A stretch of 20,000 nucleotides of DNA from an uncultured virus (IMG/VR IMGVR_UViG_3300005239_000270) (Duplodnaviria > Heunggongvirae > Uroviricota > Caudoviricetes): the IMG/VR virus record IMGVR_UViG_3300005239_000270; one strand, written 5' to 3'. The notes under the pieces were generated by a model, which worked only from the letters and a program-made list of their open reading frames with translations, searched no databases and was not told the DNA's origin. Positions within the stretch are counted from its first letter, which is position 1. Every line of letters begins with the position of its first letter. Shown here piece after piece: positions 15,646 through 20,000 of the stretch. The translations under genes and the position numbers were made by a program.

Positions 15646-15932
15646 TAACACTTCCACCGACGACGAGCAGCTTTACCGCGTTCACCAGTCCATCCACGAG
15701 ATCGTGCACAGAATGATTTTTTGCGAGCACCAGCTTTAGTACCAGGTTTACCGTTTGGAGCTGGAGCTTTAAGGTTACTACCAGTTTCACGATTAATTTT
15801 ATCGCGACCTTTTTGAGTCAAGCCAGCGCCTTGTTTTACTGAAAGTTTGCCACCGCTTTTAACGGTTACACCTTTCATTGCACCTTTCTTGCGAGATTGT
15901 GCTTTTGCTTTGGCACCTGCCCTGTCAGCCAT
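15645..15932 (-). CDS. Basic phage protein, DUF6321-like
   Basis: GLTQKGR.K.NRETGSNLKAP...RKKSFCAR..G...RRWKC pattern. Confidence 0.65.
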   Translation of the reverse strand: MADRAGAKAKAQSRKKGAMKGVTVKSGGKLSVKQGAGLTQKGRDKINRETGSNLKAPAPNGKPGTKAGARKKSFCARSRGWTGERGKAARRRWKC

Positions 15933-15971
15933 GTATATATATAACAGTGTCTTTGCTTATTTTAACAACTA

Positions 15972-16556
15972 TTATTTATTGAAAAAAGCCTTATGCATTT
16001 TCATTCCTTCTAGCTCTGCTTTTGCAGGATCACTACGCATAGCATCGTAAGCAGCATTGATTTCTGATTTACTCATGTCTTTGTACGCTTTAGCTTTTGT
16101 TTTAGCTCCTGCTCTATCCCCTGTAACGACAGCAGTTGGGAGGTTATTAATATCGTAGTCAGTTACAGCACCAGTGCCTGTAATTGCATTATTGTCATTG
16201 CCATGCAGTAGTAAGAGTTCTCGGATACCATCATTAGTATTTACTAGATACTGTGACATGATTCCGCCAGAACCCTCGTCATTCCATGTTGAAAGAAGAT
16301 TGCCATTAACGTTTAGTGGTGTACCAACAGGTGTGGCATAATCAATACCTTCATGCATTTTCGTGACACCCTTACGTGTCCTCATACCACGTGGGCTTGT
16401 GACACCAAAGTTAAATGCACTCTTATCATCGCCTACTGTTAAATATTCTGTGTAAGTAGATGGGTCTTCATAGTTACCAGTAGCTGGATTGTACACACGC
16501 ATGTCAAGGTGTGGACCGGTACTTTTACCAGTATTTCCTGTGTAAAAAATAGGCAT
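15972..16556 (-). CDS. M23-family peptidase-like protein, circularly permuted
   Basis: TGNTGKSTGPHLD at the N-terminus, then HEGIDYATPVGTP, then LLH. Confidence 0.7.
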   Translation of the reverse strand: MPIFYTGNTGKSTGPHLDMRVYNPATGNYEDPSTYTEYLTVGDDKSAFNFGVTSPRGMRTRKGVTKMHEGIDYATPVGTPLNVNGNLLSTWNDEGSGGIMSQYLVNTNDGIRELLLLHGNDNNAITGTGAVTDYDINNLPTAVVTGDRAGAKTKAKAYKDMSKSEINAAYDAMRSDPAKAELEGMKMHKAFFNK

Positions 16557-16557
16557 A

Positions 16558-16830
16558 TTAAGTATTTGTTTTAATGAATTCCATTTCTGCGTGCATTAGG
16601 TCACTGAGGTTAGAGACTTGAGCGCAAGCATTCATAATCAAGCCGCGCTGGTTAGCGGTTAAGTTGTCTGCATCTACTGCATCTTCAGATAACACGACTG
16701 AGATATCACCAAGTGCCATGATGATTGCTGGTAGTCCCCACTTTTCTACCATTGACGACATCACAGAGAGCAAAGGATTGTCACCGGTCTCTATTAATTG
16801 CCAGAATAATTCTCGCTCTTCTATAGTCAT
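16558..16830 (-). CDS. Hypothetical helical protein
   Basis: First gene of the leftward unit, starting after the AT-rich divergent spacer at 16831-16891. Confidence 0.7.
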   Translation of the reverse strand: MTIEERELFWQLIETGDNPLLSVMSSMVEKWGLPAIIMALGDISVVLSEDAVDADNLTANQRGLIMNACAQVSNLSDLMHAEMEFIKTNT

Positions 16831-16891
16831 ATAGATAAATACATATGCATCTATTCTATCTATTAGAATACTTCTAGTAGATTATATTTGC

Positions 16892-17593
16892 ATGGCCCAT
16901 ATAAGCAAGGAAAGCTTTAAAAACTTTTTTAAGTACTACAAAAGTGAAGCACAGCAAGAAGCTGGTGTCGGAATTCTATATGACCAAATGCGTGATGTTC
17001 TAAAAGACGATACACACAACTGGATTACAACCTACCGTAATCAACCTAAGGTCACAAGCAGTAACCCCCTTATTGTTCCCTATCAAAGTCAAAACGATAA
17101 TACAAGTGGTACTGGATACCGTGAGTGTTTTTCAAGTAGCTGTGCGATGGCCGCAATGTACTACGGTAAGGTTGCTAACGATGACGCTTACAACGCAATT
17201 CGCCAAAAGTACGGCGATAGCACTGACGCTCAAGCACAGATCCGAGCACTTCGTTCTCTAGGACTTGAAGCTAATTTTGTAAGCAACGGTACTACTTGTG
17301 ATATCCGTCAAGCAATTGATGCAGGACGTCCTGTGCCTGTGGGCTGGCTACATAAAGGACACGTAAGTGCTCCTAGAGGCGGTGGTCATTATTCTGTCAT
17401 CATCGGCTACACCAATGATGCATGGATTGTTCATGACCCAAATGGCCCTGCCAAACTAGTGCCTGGTGGTTATGAAAATAGTTTCAATGGTGCTAGTCAG
17501 AGCTATAGCTTCAAAGACTTCAACCCACGTTGGATTGTCGAAGGTGAAGGTTCAGGTTGGTTAATGGATATCCGTGACCCTTCAAAAAAGTAA
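16892..17593 (+). CDS. Peptidase C39-like (papain-fold) putative endolysin domain
   Basis: VPYQSQ..N...RECFSSSCAM (Cys), GGHYSVIIGY (His) and VHDP (Asp). Confidence 0.85.
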   Translation: MAHISKESFKNFFKYYKSEAQQEAGVGILYDQMRDVLKDDTHNWITTYRNQPKVTSSNPLIVPYQSQNDNTSGTGYRECFSSSCAMAAMYYGKVANDDAYNAIRQKYGDSTDAQAQIRALRSLGLEANFVSNGTTCDIRQAIDAGRPVPVGWLHKGHVSAPRGGGHYSVIIGYTNDAWIVHDPNGPAKLVPGGYENSFNGASQSYSFKDFNPRWIVEGEGSGWLMDIRDPSKK

Positions 17594-17622
17594 AAGCGGG
17601 TAAGGTTACTGAGCCTACCCGC
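17584..17622 (+). promoter_or_regulatory. Candidate programmed -1 ribosomal frameshift signal
   Basis: In-frame A_AAA_AAG (17584-90), 5-nt spacer, then hairpin GCGGGT-A-AGGTT-ACTG-AGCCT-ACCCGC. Confidence 0.7.
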
Positions 17623-18054
17623 ACATCACAAGCCGGAATTGACCTGATTAAATCATTTGAAGGGCTTGAACTCTCCAGTTATTACTGTAGTTCAAATGTT
17701 CTGACAATTGGGTATGGCCATACGAGTGGTGTTTATGAAGGGCAAACAATTACTGAATACGATGCTGAGGAGTTGTTACGTAAAGACCTGTTGTGGTTTG
17801 AACAAGAGGTTCGACGTTTAATTAATGGCCCACTTACTCAATATGAGTTTGATGCGATTGTTAGCTTCACGTTTAATATAGGCAGTCGTGCACTTAGTAA
17901 TAGCACCTTTCGTCGCCGTATGAATACAGGCGATGATAAGGCTATGTGTTTCCGTGAAGAGTTTCCTAGATGGACAAATGGCGGTCTCCTTGGTCTTGTT
18001 CGTAGGCGTAATGCTGAGGTGAAGCTAGCTACTGCCTCAGATCAGCTGCTTTAA
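17590..18054 (+). CDS. GH24 phage lysozyme domain with no start codon of its own
   Basis: SQAGIDLIKSFEG...YYC...LTIGYGHT...LTQYEFDAIVSFTFNIG...W...GLVRRRNAE. The frame opens after TGA at 17575-77. Confidence 0.9.
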   Translation, partial: VKAGKVTEPTRTSQAGIDLIKSFEGLELSSYYCSSNVLTIGYGHTSGVYEGQTITEYDAEELLRKDLLWFEQEVRRLINGPLTQYEFDAIVSFTFNIGSRALSNSTFRRRMNTGDDKAMCFREEFPRWTNGGLLGLVRRRNAEVKLATASDQLL

Positions 18055-18498
18055 ACTTGAGACTTCAGCTGATAATTCTTGAATTGCATTTACAAGAACA
18101 GGAACTAAATTATCAGATTGGAATTTCAAACTGTCTTCATCCTCATTATCAATAATGACAGGATTGTCTCCTTCAAGTGACAAAATATCTTGAGCTTTGA
18201 ATCCATAGCGAATATTCCCTGATGGTTCATTGATTTCGCGTTCTTTTTTGAATTGGAATGATATTGGCTTTAGATTGTTGACAAACTCAAGTCCATACGG
18301 AACAGAGCTAAAATTCATTTTATCACGTGCGTCTGATGTGGTTGACCATGCAATTTTAATATAAGCATTGGTAGATGAATTATTGCCGATTGCGATTCGA
18401 TTTGAATTACTACCAAAATTGTGTACTGAAGCGTAGCTTCCTCCAGTAATGGCTCCAATTTCAATGTTATTACTACCGTCCATAGACTGACCGGCTCT
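18037..18498 (-). CDS. Tail fibre C-terminus with Peptidase_S74 intramolecular chaperone
   Basis: SDARDKMN...LKP..F...YGFKAQD...LVNAIQEL followed by a coiled coil. Confidence 0.85.
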   Translation of the reverse strand, partial: RAGQSMDGSNNIEIGAITGGSYASVHNFGSNSNRIAIGNNSSTNAYIKIAWSTTSDARDKMNFSSVPYGLEFVNNLKPISFQFKKEREINEPSGNIRYGFKAQDILSLEGDNPVIIDNEDEDSLKFQSDNLVPVLVNAIQELSAEVSSLKQLI

Positions 18499-18518
18499 NN
18501 NNNNNNNNNNNNNNNNNN

Positions 18519-20000
18519 CGCAGTAATATTTCTGCCGCAGTGAGATTTCCATTGTTAGTAAATGTAAACTTGTTTGAATTCGAGTGTTTGATATAAAAAT
18601 CACTGGATTGTCCGCTGGTACTCAAGGTTAGTTCAAAGTTATTGCCATTACTCGTGACGTTCTGATTGACTGATACCCAATTGCTCCCATTGTATGAAAG
18701 AATTTGATTCGACGAAGGCGAACTTACATTTACATTTGATAGTTCATTTAAAGTAACGCTTGAGTTAACCCAGTTACTCCCGTTATATTGCAGTACTTGA
18801 TTAGTTTGTGAACTAGAAATACTAACATCACTAAGATCTTGTAAAACGTTTGGAATATTTGGCTTATTTAAAATTTGACTATCACCACTAGTTGAATTCC
18901 AGTTAGCATTAACGTTTACCTCTGCGTAATTTGCAATTCCATTTACTTTCTCTGCCATAGAAGCAGTCATAGTTCCATTACTTCCCCCGCTTCCGTTAGT
19001 ACTAGCAACAACAGTTGATGGAACGTATGAGCTTGATAAGTACCTTGAATCAAGCGTACTATGTAAGTAACTATTCTGGATAGAGAGGGTACCACTAGAG
19101 TTAATTATTCCACCATTCAACCCGCTTCCAGCAATAATAGTTGTAACTGTTCCACCAGAAGTAGTTTCCGTCGCTATTTCCCATCGCGAAGTAGATGAAT
19201 TGTATTTTATGATCTTGTTATTACCAATCCCTGTTGTTGAAACATCAGTTAGATCTCCGAGTGTCGAAGGGACAGTTGGTTTATTTTTAATAAATGAATC
19301 TAATGTATCGTCTTGAATGTGAAAATCAGCCTGAACATTAACGTCAGCATTCGTGGCAATACCATCTAATTTCGTTTTGTCACTAGCAATCAATATACCT
19401 GCATTTGTTTGAGAAGCCCCTGCAATTGATATATTCGTTCCAGTTGATGAATTAACAGAAACTGTTGTACTATTTCTTGAAGTGCTTAGGTTAGTTACTG
19501 GTGTTTGATTGATTGCTTCAAATTTTGCGTTTGATGAGTTCCATGCAATGACTTGTCCATCACTTGGACTTGAAATATCAACGTCACCTAGCTGAGTAAG
19601 ATCGTAGTCACCTGCTGTAGGTACAACATTTGCTACTGTTCGTCCGTTAAAAGCTGTAATTACATTTGGTTGAGCTCCTGCTGTTATTCCATCAAGCTTT
19701 GCTTTATCTCCCGCAATCATAAAGCCATTTGCAGTTGTAGTTACTTCTGCGTGCTGACTGCCGCCTGAACTTACGTGAGCTATTGGTGCATAGAAACTTG
19801 CGTAGTCTGAAGCACCAGCTGTAATATCACCAGTTCTCCCAAACACAGATGTAATTAAATTATTACCTGTCAAGCGTATGACGTCATTATTACTGTCTTT
19901 AATAAATAATACAGGGTCAAAAGTGTTGTAGTTAATAGCTAATTCACCATAATCCATTTGTGTGGACGTAGGTGCTTTAGCAACTCCAGAAGTAACAACA
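18519..20000 (-). CDS. Tail fibre protein with internal repeats (5' partial)
   Basis: Frame open to the window edge. GELAINY N-terminal motif; three KLDGI/KVNGI..A..NV and four LxxLxDV/NV repeats; S/N/T/G-rich. Confidence 0.85.

Larger units (their letters stand above)
1..20000. mobile_element. Tailed bacteriophage genome segment, probable temperate cyanophage
   Basis: Phage replication, lysis, tail-fibre and integrase genes fill the window with no host housekeeping genes. The glnA-type riboswitch, DUF4278-like and NblA-like genes point to a cyanobacterial host. Confidence 0.9.

Noticed and set aside
2562..17261. Short antisense or alternate-frame ORFs inside larger genes (e.g. 2562, 3723, 4969, 7895, 9139, 9562, 11006, 15220, 17073)
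   Set aside because: No motifs or SDs, and they overlap well-supported genes.
17773..18054. Lysozyme starting at TTG 17773 as in the ORF track
   Set aside because: This start would omit the catalytic Glu and the TIGYGH motif, which lie upstream in the same frame.

Overview
A 20 kb piece of a dsDNA tailed-phage genome, most likely a marine cyanophage and probably temperate. It comes from a gapped metagenomic scaffold with 7 N-gaps; across two of them the same gene region appears twice as divergent alleles, so the scaffold probably mixes related genomes. The left half (mostly + strand) is a replication module: SSB-like protein, PD-(D/E)XK exonuclease, AEP primase fused to a VirE-like helicase, a degenerate HNH protein, DUF3310, a deaminase-fold protein lacking its catalytic motifs, and a T7-like PolA split into separate exonuclease and polymerase genes. 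The middle holds a regulatory island: a candidate structured RNA and a complete unit of promoter, glnA-type glutamine riboswitch, DUF4278-like gene and terminator. The right half (mostly - strand) has an NblA-like gene, an HNH nuclease, small membrane proteins, a tyrosine integrase beside a tRNA-Ser 3' fragment (attP), small basic proteins, a circularly permuted M23 peptidase, a C39 peptidase/GH24 lysozyme pair and a tail fibre with an S74 chaperone. The most striking signals are two candidate programmed -1 frameshifts (peptidase to lysozyme; small hydrophobic protein to a start-less ORF), the phage glutamine riboswitch, the split PolA, the attP and two apparent pseudo-enzymes. All family calls are by eye from motifs; no searches were run.
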